Part shown: one piece after another, positions 14,253 to 28,807 of the stretch
Layout of the letters: every line of letters begins with the position of its first letter
How positions within the stretch are numbered: position 1 is the first letter of the stretch
Source of the DNA: the human T2T-CHM13v2.0 reference genome, Homo sapiens
Length of the DNA: 64,000 nt
Assembly: GCF_009914755.1 (NCBI RefSeq)
Contig: NC_060938.1
Reading direction: 5' to 3' (one strand)
The notes under the pieces: model-generated
What the model saw: only the letters and a program-made list of their open reading frames with translations
Databases searched by the model: none
Told to the model about the DNA's origin: nothing
Translations under genes and position numbers: made by a program

Positions 14253-14667
14253 TGTGATGGTTGTTACTGAGTGTCAACTTGATTGGATTGAAGGATGCAA
14301 AGTATTGATCCTGGGTGTGTCTGTGAGGGTGTTGTCAAAGGACATTGACTTTTGGCGAGGGGCAGACCCACCCACCCTTAATCTGGTGGGCACAATCTAA
14401 TCAGCAGGCAGAAAAATGTGACAAGGCGAGACTGGCCTAGGCTCCCAGCCTACATCTTTCTCCCGCGCTGGATGCTTCCTGCCCTCAAACATCAGACTCC
14501 AAGCTCTTCAGTTTTGAGACTCCGACTGGCTTTCCTTGCTGCTCAAGCTTGCAGATAGCCTATTGTGGGATCTTATGATCATGTAAGTTAATACTTAATA
14601 AACTCCCCTTTATATATATATATCAATCCTATTAGTTATGTCCCTCTAGGGAACCTTGACCAACACA
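14253..14667 (+). mobile_element. HERV-L 3' LTR (MLT2A) with two small internal deletions
   Basis: Preceded by PPT-like aagcggtggact; matches the 5' LTR; probable TSD catgt (8443-8447 and 14666-14670, overlapping an ambiguous LTR end). Confidence 0.92.
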
Positions 14668-16098
14668 TGTTTTGGGGTAAAATATCTTTGTTTTCTTCCT
14701 TGTCTCATAATGTTATGCCAGAGTCAGATTGGAAAGTAAGTCACGATATATAGGGTTAAACAAAACTCATCTGATGATAATTTATGGTTTGTAGGGCATG
14801 ACTCCCTAGACCCCTTAGATAGGAATTTAGGTAAGATAAAAAAAAATCAGAGCTTAGTCCTCAAATGAGATGTTACCTCTCCCCAGTTAATATAGCTATT
14901 ATCAAAAAGAAAAATATATAGCAGATTCTGGTGAGGATGTGGAGAAAGGGGAATGTTCATACACTACTGGTAGGAATGTAAATTAGTATAGCCACTATAG
15001 AGAACAGTATGGAGATGCCTTAAAAAACTAAAAATAAAACTAACAAATGATCCAGCAATCCCACTGCTGGGTATATACCCAAAAGAAAGGAAATCAATAT
15101 ATCAAAGTGGTCTCTGCATGCTTATGTTTATTGCAACACTATTTACAATAGCCCAGTTATAGAATTAACCTAAGTGCCCATCAATGGATTAACAAATAAA
15201 GACAATGTAATATATATAAACAATGGAATATTATTCAGCCATAAAAAAACAATGAACTTCTGTCATTTGCAGCAACATGGATGGAACTGGAGGTCATTAT
15301 GTGAAGTGAAATAAGTCAGTCACAGAAAGACAAATATTGTACATTTCATTCATATCCAGGAGCTCAAAAAGTTGATCCCATGGAGGTAGAAAGTAGAATG
15401 ATGGTTACCAGAGACTGGGAAAGGGTGGGAAAGGAGGGGTAAGAAAGGCTAGTTAATGGGTAGAAAAAATACAGTTAAGTAGAAGGAATAATTTCTAGCA
15501 TTCAATAGCATAGTAGGGTGACTATAGTTACCAATAATTTATTGTACATTTCAAAATAGCTAGAAGAAAAGACTTGGAATGTTCCCAACACAAAGAAATG
15601 ATAAATGTTTGAGGTAGTGGATATCCTAGTTACCCTAATTTGATATTACACATTGTATGCATGTATCGAAGTATCCAGTGTATCTCATAAGTAGATACAA
15701 TTATAATGTATTAATTAAAAAAGAAAGGAAAAAAAAAAAGACTGGGAACATCTTCCAGCCAAGATGGATAACACAGACCTGATTTACTTCCCCATCCAAA
15801 ACCATAAAAAAACTAACAAAAAGCATTAAAACTTATTTTCAAGACACTGAACTTGAGGCCACGAAACACACTCATCATTGAGAGAGAGGAACCAAACAAG
15901 GTGAGCCCTACAATCACTCAGCTTGCTGTCTATAGAGATTTTAGGCAAAAGTAAAGGAAGAGTAAACTTAGAGTCTTCAGACTACCTGAGTTCAGGACAT
16001 GAAACTGAGAGGTCAAAGAAGCTTGAGCCTTTAGGATAGAACATGTGAGATGAGAAAGCTGCATGGAGACATAACCTTAGAGATCTGCACAGGGCTCC

Positions 16099-16242
16099 TG
16101 TAATGGTCAATACCGAGTGTCAACTTGATTGGATTGAAGGATGTAAATGATTGATCCTGGGTGTGTCTGTGAGGGTGTTGCCAAAGGAGATTAACATTTG
16201 AGTCAGTGGGCTGGGACAGGCAGACCCACCCTTAATCTGGGT
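16099..16242 (+). mobile_element. Third, 3'-truncated MLT2A LTR fragment
   Basis: Matches the first ~145 nt of the HERV-L LTRs, without the L1 insert and without the 3' LTR deletion. Confidence 0.9.
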
Positions 16243-16972
16243 AGTAGTGGTCGATAATTAACTCCGGACTAAGCGCTTCTTCAGAGCTGTCTAACAAATC
16301 ATAAAGTCAAGATCCAAAAGGATCAAAGTGGTTCCAAGTAGCTTAAACGTATCCTTGAACAACACTCAAGAAGATTTATAGGAATATACAAATATTCCTA
16401 CAAGGTAAGCCAACAATGTAGAATTCAAAACATCTGAAATCCAATCAAAGATTACCAAGCATGTAAAAGAGCAGGAAAACACAAACCTTTATGAGGAGAA
16501 CAATCAGTCAATGGAAACCGAACCAGAGCAATTACAAATTTCAGAATTAACAGAGAAACAGTTACCACAACTGAATTCTACACAGGCAAAAGAAAGGGTT
16601 GAGTTTTAGATGATTAAAAAAAAAATCAAACTTTTAGAAATAAAAACTACAGTGTGTGAAATTAAAAAAAATATACACTGGTTGCGATTAATGGCAGATT
16701 AGAAATTGCATAAGAAAAAAATAGTATACAATAAATGCAAGTAGCCCTGGAGTCTCTAAAGGGGAGAACTGGGGAAATTAAATTTTTTTGAAGATATAAT
16801 GGCCAAAAGCTTTCAAAACTTGATGAAAAGTATACATTCACAGATACAAAAATCTCAGCAAGTCCCAAGAACAAAACATCAAGGTGTATCATGCTCCAAG
16901 TGAGAGGGGGAGAAAACAGTGATAGGGAAAACCTTAGAAGCAATCTTACAAAAAAAGACATTGTTATAGTCA

Positions 16973-17758
<786 letters not shown>

Positions 17759-17933
17759 TTATCACCAGCAAATCCACACTGCAAGATATGTGTTAAAAAG
17801 TTATACAGGCAGGAAGAAAATGGAAATCTGCATCTATACAAGGGAATAAAGAATGTTATAAATGGTAACTATGTATGATTTTTCTCATTATTTAAATTTA
17901 TTTAAATATAATTGACCTAAAAATAGCAGTTAT

Positions 17934-18472
<539 letters not shown>

Positions 18473-20049
18473 CTAACCATATCAATCATCTCATTAAATG
18501 TAAATGGTCTAAACACACCAATTAAAAGCCAGATATAGACTGGATTTAAAAAAAGAAGACTCAACTATACACTATCTACAAGAAATGTACATTATATGAA
18601 GACACAAAGAAATTAACAATAAAAGGATATGAAAACATACACCGTGCTGATGCTGGTCAAAAGAAAGCTGGAGTAGCTATATCAATATTAGACTATATAG
18701 ATTTCAGAAGGAAGACTATTACCCAGGCTCAATAGAGTCATTTTCAAATGATAATGGGATCCATTAATCAACAGGACAGAACAATTCTAAACACTCAAGC
18801 CACTGAAAACATGGCTTCAAATTACGTGAAGCAAACATGGAAAGAACTGAAAGGGGAAATGGACAAATCCATAATTGTAGCCTGAGTTTTCAATATCTAT
18901 TATCCATAACTGGTAAATCAGGAAGGCAGAAAATCAGCAAGAGTATTGAAGACGTGAACAACATTATCAATCAACCTCCCCGGACACTTAAAGAACACAC
19001 AATGATAGCAGAGTACACATTCTTTTCAAGTGCACATGGAACATCCACCAGGATTTACCATATTTTCTGCCAAAACACAGGTCAAACAAGAAACCAAAAG
19101 GGAAGTTACAAAATATTTTGATCTGAATGACAACAAAAACAGCATAGCAAAACTTTTGGGATGCTGTTAAAGCAGTATTGAAGAGAAAACTGGTAAATAC
19201 TGCACATCTGTATTAGCTGCAAAGCATATATCTGTGATGAAAGACTATTATCCAGAAAACTCAACAATAAAAATACAAATAATGCAATTTAAAAATAGGC
19301 AAAATATTTTAACAGACATTTCAAAAAAGAAGATGTTCGAATGGCAAACACATTTAAAAACATGCTCAAATATCATTAGTTTTTAGGGAGATGCAACCTA
19401 AAATCACAATGTGATACCAATGGACACCCATCAGAATGGCTAAAATTAAAATGACTAACTTTAATAAGTAATGGTAAGAATGTTGAGGAACTGAATTTCT
19501 CCTAGATTGCTGGTAGAATTGTAAATGGTAAACAATTTACATGGTTTGCATGTGAGTAAAGTTCCTCCCAGCAGGAGACTTTCCAGAGCTGGGGCACAGT
19601 GGGGACACCATTCAGAAGGGGATCAGGCTAGAGAACTACCAGAGGGAAAGGGAAATCAGAGAGGGCGATTGTGTGGATGACGTCACTCAGCAAAACAAAG
19701 TAGGCCCCCATGTTCCACAAGCCCTGCATTAGTGTGTGGACTGCTCCCACAGGGCCTGAAACCAAGACACATTGAATATCGGCCTTTAAATGAAAGTCTT
19801 ATAATTGGCCTGGCTCCAGAAATCTGTCCAACTTGTCACTGTATACCCAAACAGTGAGTGTGAATGCAAGACACACAGAAAAGAACACATAAAATTGAAC
19901 AGTGCAAAGCCTAAAAGGAAAATAGAATACAAAAGTCATGGCAGTGTGCAAAAGGGAGATGTGTATTGAGGGCACAATCTAGTCAAGAGAAGAGAGCATG
20001 GAAGTTGGATGAGGAAGGGATGTAAACGGAAAAAAGGGGAAAGGTAGCA

Positions 20050-20222
20050 TTAGCTGGATGTGGTGGTGCACGCCTGTGGTCCCAGCTACTTGAAGGGCTG
20101 AGGTGGGAGGATCACCTGAGCACGGGGGTCGAGCCTGCGATGAGCTGTGTTCGCGCCACTGCAGTCCAACCTGGGTGGCAAAGTGAGACCCTGTCTCAAA
20201 AAAATAAAAGAAAAGAAAGAAG
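20050..20222 (+). mobile_element. Alu right-arm monomer (FRAM/AluJ-like)
   Basis: Right arm only, with A-rich tail. Confidence 0.85.
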
Positions 20223-22879
20223 AAGGTGAAAGGTATAAAGAAGGGGGAAGTGATCACACTTTGTGTGGGCAGGGTCAAGGGTTTATCTTCCCAACCCTGC
20301 CTCCCACCTCATATTCCTCCTCTAACAGGCATCTGTTTCCTGTACCCAGGAGAGATCTCCGAAGGGACATTTAACATGACAGGTCAGACAGCTCAGCCCA
20401 CATTCTCACAGAGAACATGGGGTTCCTGGAACAGCCTGAGCTGGGGAGGAGGAGGGGAACACATGCATAGCAGCAGAGCCCGGAAGCTTGGCCAGCCGTT
20501 GTGACCGTGCCCTTTGACCCTGTGTGAGACAAACCTCAGGACCTGTTCAAGCCTCCAGTGAGGACGCCTCCTCAAAGACCACCTCGGCCAGAGTTGACTG
20601 AGGCAAGTCTCTTACCTAAAGAAGGTTTAAGAGGAGAGGGGAGTGTCAACAAGGAGGCAAAGCAGCCAAATGTGCAGAGGGCCTGGAAACTAGAACGGGG
20701 CTTAGCTCACATTGCTCTCCTCAAAGACAGCAAACGCATCAATTTGCTTTCCTGGGAGGACTGCATGAGAACATCCCCTTCCTGTACCTATGCCCCCACT
20801 ATGTTCTATTTTTAATCTTATTTGTGTGGATTGGGTAGGCAAACTATGATAGCCCCTTGATTTAATTTATATTACATTTACATCTTTTTCTTATTAAACT
20901 GATGACCTCTTTATATATTAAAGATATCAATCCTTTTGATACATTGAATTTTTTTCAATTATCTACTTAGCACAGTGTCCTTATTTAATCATAATGAAAT
21001 TAATCATAATGGTTTGCCATTTAATCCTCAAAACAATCCTGTGAGGTAGAATTTTTTCAGGAGCATTCTACCTTTATCTTTCTGTGTGGTTATAAGCAAG
21101 TTTGCTGTTTTCCTTCAAATAAAGATGAGTGGCGAAAAGTGTGGCCTACAGAATCAGGCTATCCTCGTTTGCTCCTGGGGGGCCACCTATTATACACGTG
21201 ACCTTGTACATTACCTACAGTCTTTGCGCTTCTGTTTCTTCATCGCTAAAGGGGGAAGAATAATAGTATTTGCCTCCTGGGCATTCTTCTGAGAATAAAA
21301 AGTAAATAAACTAGTGACTAGCACATCATAAAAGCTCTATTGTTATTATGATTATTACCATTAAACATCTTCGTAATGATTGCTATATATGATTTCGAAT
21401 AAGTTCAGCATGCTTTGAAACCTGAAGGATTAAGGATTTAAAACAGCCATGTTATCCCAAATCAGCCAGTTCTCTGGTTGCTGGAGTGAAAAGGAGGCAT
21501 TTCATGTGTGTGACACCTCTTTTAACTTGTCACTGTTTTGGAAACATGAGTTCCTCTTACAGTGACTTTGCGTTTGCTCACAGATGTACCCTATAGTGAA
21601 GGACTTTCAGCATAAAAGGACTGCCTTGCTAGTTCTGGGAGACTGTGTAGGAGGTGGAAGCTCTTTGAGTTAAACTGAATTATTTTGCCTCAGTGTTGTC
21701 TTCAAAAGCTCTGAATATATACGCAGCAAGCTTTTTTCCTTCATCAGGACTAGAATGTCCTATGATTAAAAAGAGAACTTTAGTTCATCTAATCCAGTAG
21801 AGTTCAAACTTTGCAGCACATCAATAAACCTAATGCACTTTTAAAAGACCCACATGCTACAGTCTTATCTTTGATCGATAGAAGCCAAATTTCTGGGATT
21901 GGGGCCCAGGGATTTGTATTTATAATAGCTCCAAAAGCTGTTGAATTTGTTAGTGTAAGGCTAAGCTCATGGAATGAAATATCAGAGTATAGTGGGTAAA
22001 AATATATAAACATTTTAATCTCATATAACAGTCCCAAAATGAGCAATCCAGGCTAGCAAAATAACTGTGCTTAACAATTATTCAGGGATGTGGCCTCCTT
22101 CCATTTTACCGTTCAGGCCATTTCTAGGACATTGCCATTATCTGCATGATTAAAGTTGGGGCACACATGTCCATTTTGGCGATCTAGCTGTTGGGAAGAA
22201 AAAAGTCACAGAGGAGGCCAGTCCAATGTTGTAAGACCTGGACTTGGAAGCAGCATGAATTACTTCTGCTCACAGAGACTGGGAAAGTCAGTCTGGCTGG
22301 GCATCCTGTGCCTCACTGCATCCCTTTGCCTTGGGAGCAAGGTGGGTTGATTTGGGTGGCTAACCTGAAAACTTTGCCACAGTGATCCTGATGCACATCT
22401 ATGCCTGAGAACCCAGACCTAATCCAGTTTCCTCCTTGTGTAGATAAGAAAATTGAATCTCAATGAGGGGAAATGACTTTCTTGGAAGGCATGGTGAGCC
22501 CCGCCACAGAACATATGAAGACTTATCGGTGATGTGGCAAAGGCACTCCTTCCTTCAGTACCATCTTGGGTACTTGAGGCCAGGGACTTGTTTCTTCATA
22601 ATTGTTGCTTAAGAGATATTTAATATACTTTATTTTGGGAAAGCAGAGGGAATGTTAGAGACAAGAAGGGTACTCCTTTTAGGCTAAACAACCCCTGTTG
22701 GTGTCTTTCACAAACCTCTGTATCCTTCCATCCTCTGTCCATCCTCAGCTTCCTTCTCCTACCTGACTCTCCCTTCTTTGGCCCTTTTTAAATTGGGTCC
22801 ATCTCCTTTATCATCCCATCTCATGCCCTCTAATGTTTTCTTTCAGCTAAGGGATATAACACACATTCACTTCTCAGTT

Positions 22880-23209
22880 ATTTTTCTTTTCTTTCTTTTT
22901 TTCTTTTTTCTTTTTTTTTTTTTTTGAGACAGAGTCTCACACTATCACCCAGAGTGGTGTGCAGTAGTGTGATCTTGGCTCACTGTAACCTCCGCCTCCC
23001 AGGTTCAGGTGATCCTCCTACCTCAGCACCCTGAATAGCTGGGATTACAGGTGTGCACCACCACATCTGGCTAAGTTTTGTGATTTTATTTTAGTAGAGA
23101 CCGGGTTTCACCATGTTGACCAGGCTGGCCTCAAACTCCTGGCCTCAAGTGATCCACCTGACTTGACCTCCCAACGTGTTGGGATAGGTGTGAGCCACTG
23201 CGTCCGGCC
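22880..23209 (-). mobile_element. Alu
   Basis: Reverse Alu; TSD-like cacttctcagtta on both sides. Confidence 0.95.
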
Positions 23210-24832
23210 CACTTCTCAGTTAGTTTTCTAACATGTGCAAGAAACATTTGTTGGACTGTATCTGGAACCCAGAGCTTCCGCTTCCTTCAGAGAAGTGGAA
23301 GGGTTTGGTCTTAACTAAGCCTCTTTAAAGGATGCTCCTGGCCCAAAAAGAGCCAGCTATTCTGGGTCTTTGTTTTCTCTTCTGGTGAGGGATGATATGA
23401 GTACTCAATTTGAAGTAGGCAGCATTTACTTTTTCTTACACATTAAAGAAAACTCTCCCAGAGTTTAAATAGTTAGGCTCTGAGGCTGACATGACTCTCA
23501 GCCAGAGCTGGAAATCTACTGTAGGAAAGAAGTTATTCAAATCTGAACTAAATTTGAACAAGAGGAGACTGCTTAGACTACTCTACTGTGGATGGAGTCC
23601 ACCCTTCTTTTTGATGAGTGGGTGGTAGCATCAGACTCACTATGTGGAGCTATCCCTGGGATGGAACTCGGTAAGCACATCTTCCTTTCTGGGTCCTGAG
23701 TCCTCCTCCTACAGAGAAGAGACCTTTGGGACCCAAGCATTTTGCTTTATTGCTCTGTCCTTTGGCTGCCGAGTGCAAACTGAGTCCTAATTACATACCT
23801 GTTTGGCCAAACCCACATTGATTATTTAAACAACGCCTACACTGACAAGGGAAAGCCAGCTCAAACGTACAAAAATGTTGCTGTAATGCTGCAAATTGGT
23901 TGATTGTAAATGATTTACAGTTCCAGTATATTGAGAATTCTGCACCAAATATGATAAAGCTTCGGGAAAATGACATATAGAGAATTATGTACAAGAAAGA
24001 TGTTACCATGACATAATTTACATACATTTACATGCATTTAGTTAAAATTAGAACATTAAGAAAGAGTGGTCTCAGGATGGAGGGAGGATTTAAGGAGAGG
24101 AATAGAAACATATGGCCACACATCGATGAAGAAGATAACTGTCCATACTTTAAGCAGAATGTTGAACCACGAACGTTTGCAAATAAATAGCTGGTAGTGA
24201 ACAAAATTAACTACAGTATCATAAGACATCAAGGTTGAAGACCAGTCCTGCCTGGTACTTAGCACAGACTTTCTATTCCCATCTTTCTGGCTCCTCTATT
24301 CTTCCATGGCTTGCCATTCCTCTCCCACAGCCCCAGGGTATCAAGACTTGGCTTGAATAAAGATTACAATAAGAATTTTCTTCTCTTTACAGCAACCTGT
24401 GAAATAGAGATGGGGGTGGAAGAATGGAGATTGCATAGGGCTGGAGCTATTGACACTGAGAGCATCAGCTCAGCCAAAGAATCTTTTTCCTCTGGCATTT
24501 CCTGAAGGACAGGCAGACTCTTTGTTATGTGCATACATCAATTCACACAAGTGTGAGCACATACCCTTTGAAGAGAGTAGTGATAATAATATATGTCACA
24601 CTCATTCACTATTTTTCTGAATAGTATCATTGGCAGTACAATTAGCTTTTCATTGTCCATATTGGCTTTAGTCCTTGTTTCCTTAATTCTGCCTAGTTAG
24701 GTGGATTCTGTTTCTTGGCTTTATAGCTGAGCTAGGATGAAATTCAGTTTGTTTTACACCCTCCCCACCCTCCCCCCACACAGAGAGAGAGATAGAGAGA
24801 GAAGAATCTGCACGCCACTGTCAGTCATAACT

Positions 24833-24838
24833 TTTAAT
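24833..24838 (-). terminator. Candidate RNASE11 poly(A) signal ATTAAA
   Basis: ATTAAA about 160 nt after the stop codon; usage inferred. Confidence 0.5.
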
Positions 24839-24999
24839 TGAATTATCCACAATTTTGGATTTTTCACTCCTCCAGTTAGAATAAATAATCAGGAGTTCAC
24901 TATAGTGCTAAAGAGTAGATATTAAGGAAAGGTTTAAACAAGAATGAACAAGAAGAGGTCCTTCTTTAGTAAGACCCTAGTCCTAAAGCTCTGTGGGAT

Positions 25000-25599
25000 T
25001 TACAACTTAGAGCCACAAACTAACCAGCTCATCAGAGAATGACCTGTCAGCACTGTCAATATCTTCTCTAATGAGGTAACACTATGGTATTGGCACCTGG
25101 GGAATTGTTTGCCTGTAGTGAACTGGCACACTGTATTTTCCAGTTCTAGGCTCTCACAGCAGCTTATGCCAGGATTCTGTACAAACTTGCAGCTGGGGGC
25201 CCTGTGGACCCTGCGCATCACTTCCGTGGAGCTGCGGATGAAGTTATTGCTCCACTTGCACGATCCGTTTGCTTCTGAAACTTTTCTCCAGACTGTCATG
25301 TCATTGCAACACTCTTTGTCATTACCCGAACTGTTTCCCTTGGGGTCATTATAATGTAAACTTCTGAATGTCAGTAATGTGGAAGACATATCATCCTTGG
25401 ACATGCTGAGGCTGGTATTTTTAACTAACAGGATCGGGTTCATTAATATCTCAATGGTCTGTTTTTCTTGGCCACTTTTTGCCATGTCATATTGCATCTC
25501 TTCGTCTGTAAATTCTTCTTTAATTATCTTCATTGTGCTTTCTGATGCTTCTGCAAGAACCAGGCCCAGGCTGAGCAGCAGCAGAGGAAAGGTCTCCAT
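25000..25599 (-). CDS. RNASE11: Probable inactive ribonuclease 11 (RNase A superfamily), 199 aa
   Basis: Signal peptide METFPLLLLSLGLVLA, acidic N-terminal extension, CKWSNNF variant of CKxxNTF, RNase A Cys spacing; polypyrimidine tract and CAG acceptor at 25622-25624. Confidence 0.97.
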   Translation of the reverse strand: METFPLLLLSLGLVLAEASESTMKIIKEEFTDEEMQYDMAKSGQEKQTIEILMNPILLVKNTSLSMSKDDMSSTLLTFRSLHYNDPKGNSSGNDKECCNDMTVWRKVSEANGSCKWSNNFIRSSTEVMRRVHRAPSCKFVQNPGISCCESLELENTVCQFTTGKQFPRCQYHSVTSLEKILTVLTGHSLMSWLVCGSKL

Positions 25600-26652
25600 C
25601 TCAGATGTAGTGTAATCTCTTCTGCAGTAAAGACAATAAATGAAAGATAAAATAAGAAGATTAAAGAGGTAGTTCTTTCTTCCTCCTGACAGTTATTCCT
25701 GGTAGGGACCCCTACATGTAGGTTAAAATTTTTATATCTGTGAATGGAACTATGATATAATAGAAAGACAATCAGCTGTGGAGTCTGAAGACTCATGTTC
25801 AAATTCCTGCTTTTCTGCTTATAATTTATTCAACCTTATTTAACTCCAGTTTCCCCATCTGAAAAAAATTGTGAGAATTACGTAAGGTGACATGTTTAAA
25901 GATCTACAACCAAGTATTTGTTTCTTATCCTTTTCCCTTGGTCTATAATCTCATTGGTGGGGTGTATAATCTCCATGGTGGGTCACGATTCTCACTCAAC
26001 ACATTCCCTCACCATTACTGTATCTCCTATAGCCTCATATAGAACCTGGCACATGGTAGCCACTCGAAAACAAAATAAAACACACATTGCCATTTCCCCA
26101 TCTCTCATTTCTTTTGCCACCCATTCTCATTCATAAGATTTCTGTCTTTACCAGTTCCTTCGGCAAGTTGATCCTGTAGAGGAAGATTCCACTTTGTTGC
26201 AGAGCTAAAAGTGAAATCGTGTCTGTTTCCTGGGAGTTTCTGCTGTTGTGTCTAACTGAGGGAAGGAGGGGCAACAGAGGGGTAGATAGGGTTGTATGAG
26301 ATTGACTCAGGAGACCACGTGGAACCAAGGAAGCTCAGGGAGAACTGAACAAAGTGCCCATTTGGCAGTCGGAATCCCAATGACCTGGGCAGTACCATTG
26401 CTTCTTATTCTGTGAAATCTTTTCTGTCTATTTATACCAAAACCCAGCATGACTTTTTTGTTTTCTGAAACCCTACAGCACAGATTAAGTTGCACTTCAT
26501 TTTATATGATCTTTTTCATTTTTCCAGTTAGTCAATTCATGTTAATCTTTTCTCCCTCTTGTTAGGCTAAAAATTCCTCGAGCCTGAAACACAGTTTCTG
26601 ATTATTTATACTTTTATTCATATAGAATCAAATAATGAACTGTAGATTAATA

Positions 26653-26868
26653 AAGAATCTGCACTCCAGGATCAGTTATAAATTTTAATGGAATTATCCA
26701 CAATTTTGCATTCTTCACTCCTCCAGTTAGTATAAATAATCAAGAGTTTACTATAGTGCTAAAGAGTAGATGTTAAGGAAACAGGAAGAAGAGCAGAGCA
26801 GAAATTCTCAGTCTTTCTGAAACATGTAATTCAAGTGGGCAGCATTCATAGCTGCCTGAGTTTTATTT
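26653..26868. repeat. Chimeric local duplication of 24802-24930 plus 27866-27955
   Basis: Both halves match their sources by direct comparison, joined at aaa. Confidence 0.92.
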
Positions 26869-27991
26869 AGTGTGTGTAATTACTGCACACACACTAATTT
26901 CTCAACACTATTTGTTAACAACATAACATGACCTTACTAGTATATAAAATCCTTTACTTGAGGTCAATCCTGGAAAATCCCTAAAGAAAGGTTATTTAAG
27001 TTAATAATTATTTCTCTCTCTTTAGAATGATTCTATTTTCCTCTTTTTTATGTTCCACCTCTAAAGCCACCATCCCTTCTACATTGATCTCCTACATTAT
27101 TACCCTTACTTCCCTCCTAATCACCCCTTCCTGACCCTCCAATTTCTTCTATACACTACTTTTCTAAAAACATAACTTGCAACAACACTCAGAATTTTTG
27201 AAACATTCCTCTTTGCTCACAGTAGGAAGTCTGATCCCCTGAGCCCAGGAGCCAATGCTCCACTTGCTCTCATCTCAATCTGCCTATCGGGATTTATCTC
27301 CCATTATTTTGCTACACAAACCTGCCCTAGTCAATCAGTGTGACTCTTTTTTTAATATACCCTATGCCATCTCTCCCACTTAGCTTCTTTCTTGAATGGC
27401 TATTCTTTCCTGCCTCTTGAAATCCTTCAAAGCCCAGTTCAGATCTCATTCTTTATTTTACATGTTTCATCACCGCTTAAGTCTACTAAATCCATTTCCA
27501 ACTTCTCTGAACTTCTTATCATTCCCTTCTTATACCACTCATTTGATGTTATTATGTATGAACTTTTAAAAAATTATATTTGAATTTAAAATGTCTGTGT
27601 GAGAAACTAGAGGAAAAACCTAGCACCAAGAATACATAAGCCTTAATTGGGTTGATGGATTATTGATAGATTATTAAGAATTAAGTATATGTGTCCAGGT
27701 GTGTGTCCAAGGATGCCTTGACCAAAGACCTGATACATTTTGAAGGCAGAAAGGATGAGGGATTTATAGGGAATTTATTTTGTTTCCTAAACTTCTATAT
27801 CCTATACCATTGACATCAGTAGTGAGGTGACAATAGGGAAACAGAAAGACCAGGAGGAGAAAGATAAACAGGAAGAAGAGCAGGGCAGAAATTTCCAGTC
27901 TTTCTGAGACATATATTTCAAGTGGGCAGCATTCACAGCTGCCTAGGTTTTATTTGAAACTGCTAAGAGGTGCCCTTTAAAAAAATATACC

Positions 27992-28352
<361 letters not shown>

Positions 28353-28687
28353 CTACGAATGTCTAAAATGTCACAATTCATTTGAATTTGGTGTTGATCC
28401 CTATTGAATGAAATTACTCTGAGGATACATCCTATTGGTTCATCTCAGTTATACTTTTATCTGCAAGATATTTTTAATTAGAAAGGAGGAGCTTCGGTGA
28501 AGAAGGGGAGAAAAAGCACTGAAAAGGAAAGAAAAGACAACAAAACCTAGGGAGAGGGATAGAAAAAGGAATCAGAATTCAGAAAATAGATGTAGGAACC
28601 TAAAGGATGCATTTCATCCACTTCAAAGTTTTGCCCAAAAAATGATGCTACCAAGGCCCAACAAATCATGTGCTAGGGACCACCTAC

Positions 28688-28807
28688 CTGTTCCTGTTCA
28701 GTTTCTATTCAGATGCTGAGGGCTCTGTTTACCTGGTGACACCCAAAATTCTATGGAGACAACAATGACAACAGAATTACCACAGAGAACTAGAAAATGA
28801 AACTCAG
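28688..28807 (-). other. Candidate non-coding 5'UTR exon of RNASE11
   Basis: Acceptors tttttcag (28808) or cattttctag (28790); donor CAG|GTAGGT at 28688/28687; motif-based only. Confidence 0.4.

Larger units (their letters stand above)
7863..14863 (-). mobile_element. MER4-group (MER4D/E-like) solo LTR split into 7863-8447 and about 14666-14863
   Basis: Minus strand begins TGAGGACTAAGCTCTGA and ends GACTCTTTTTGTCGACA; 4-bp TSD aatg at 7859-7862 and 14864-14867 restores the L1 sequence. Confidence 0.8.
4685..15740 (+). mobile_element. Old L1 (L1MA-like), internally deleted and interrupted by LTR elements
   Basis: 5'UTR-like start (aaaatggcagaatagaaga). ORF2-like sequence at about 6310-7862 (aaacccacagctaatatcatact..., gtactggaagtcctagcc) resumes at 14864. 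L1MA-type 3'UTR and A-rich tail at about 15715-15740. Confidence 0.8.

Noticed and set aside
23791-24027. Cys-containing 78-aa ORF as a possible additional RNase remnant
   Set aside because: No CKxxNTF-like motif in correct context and no RNase A Cys spacing
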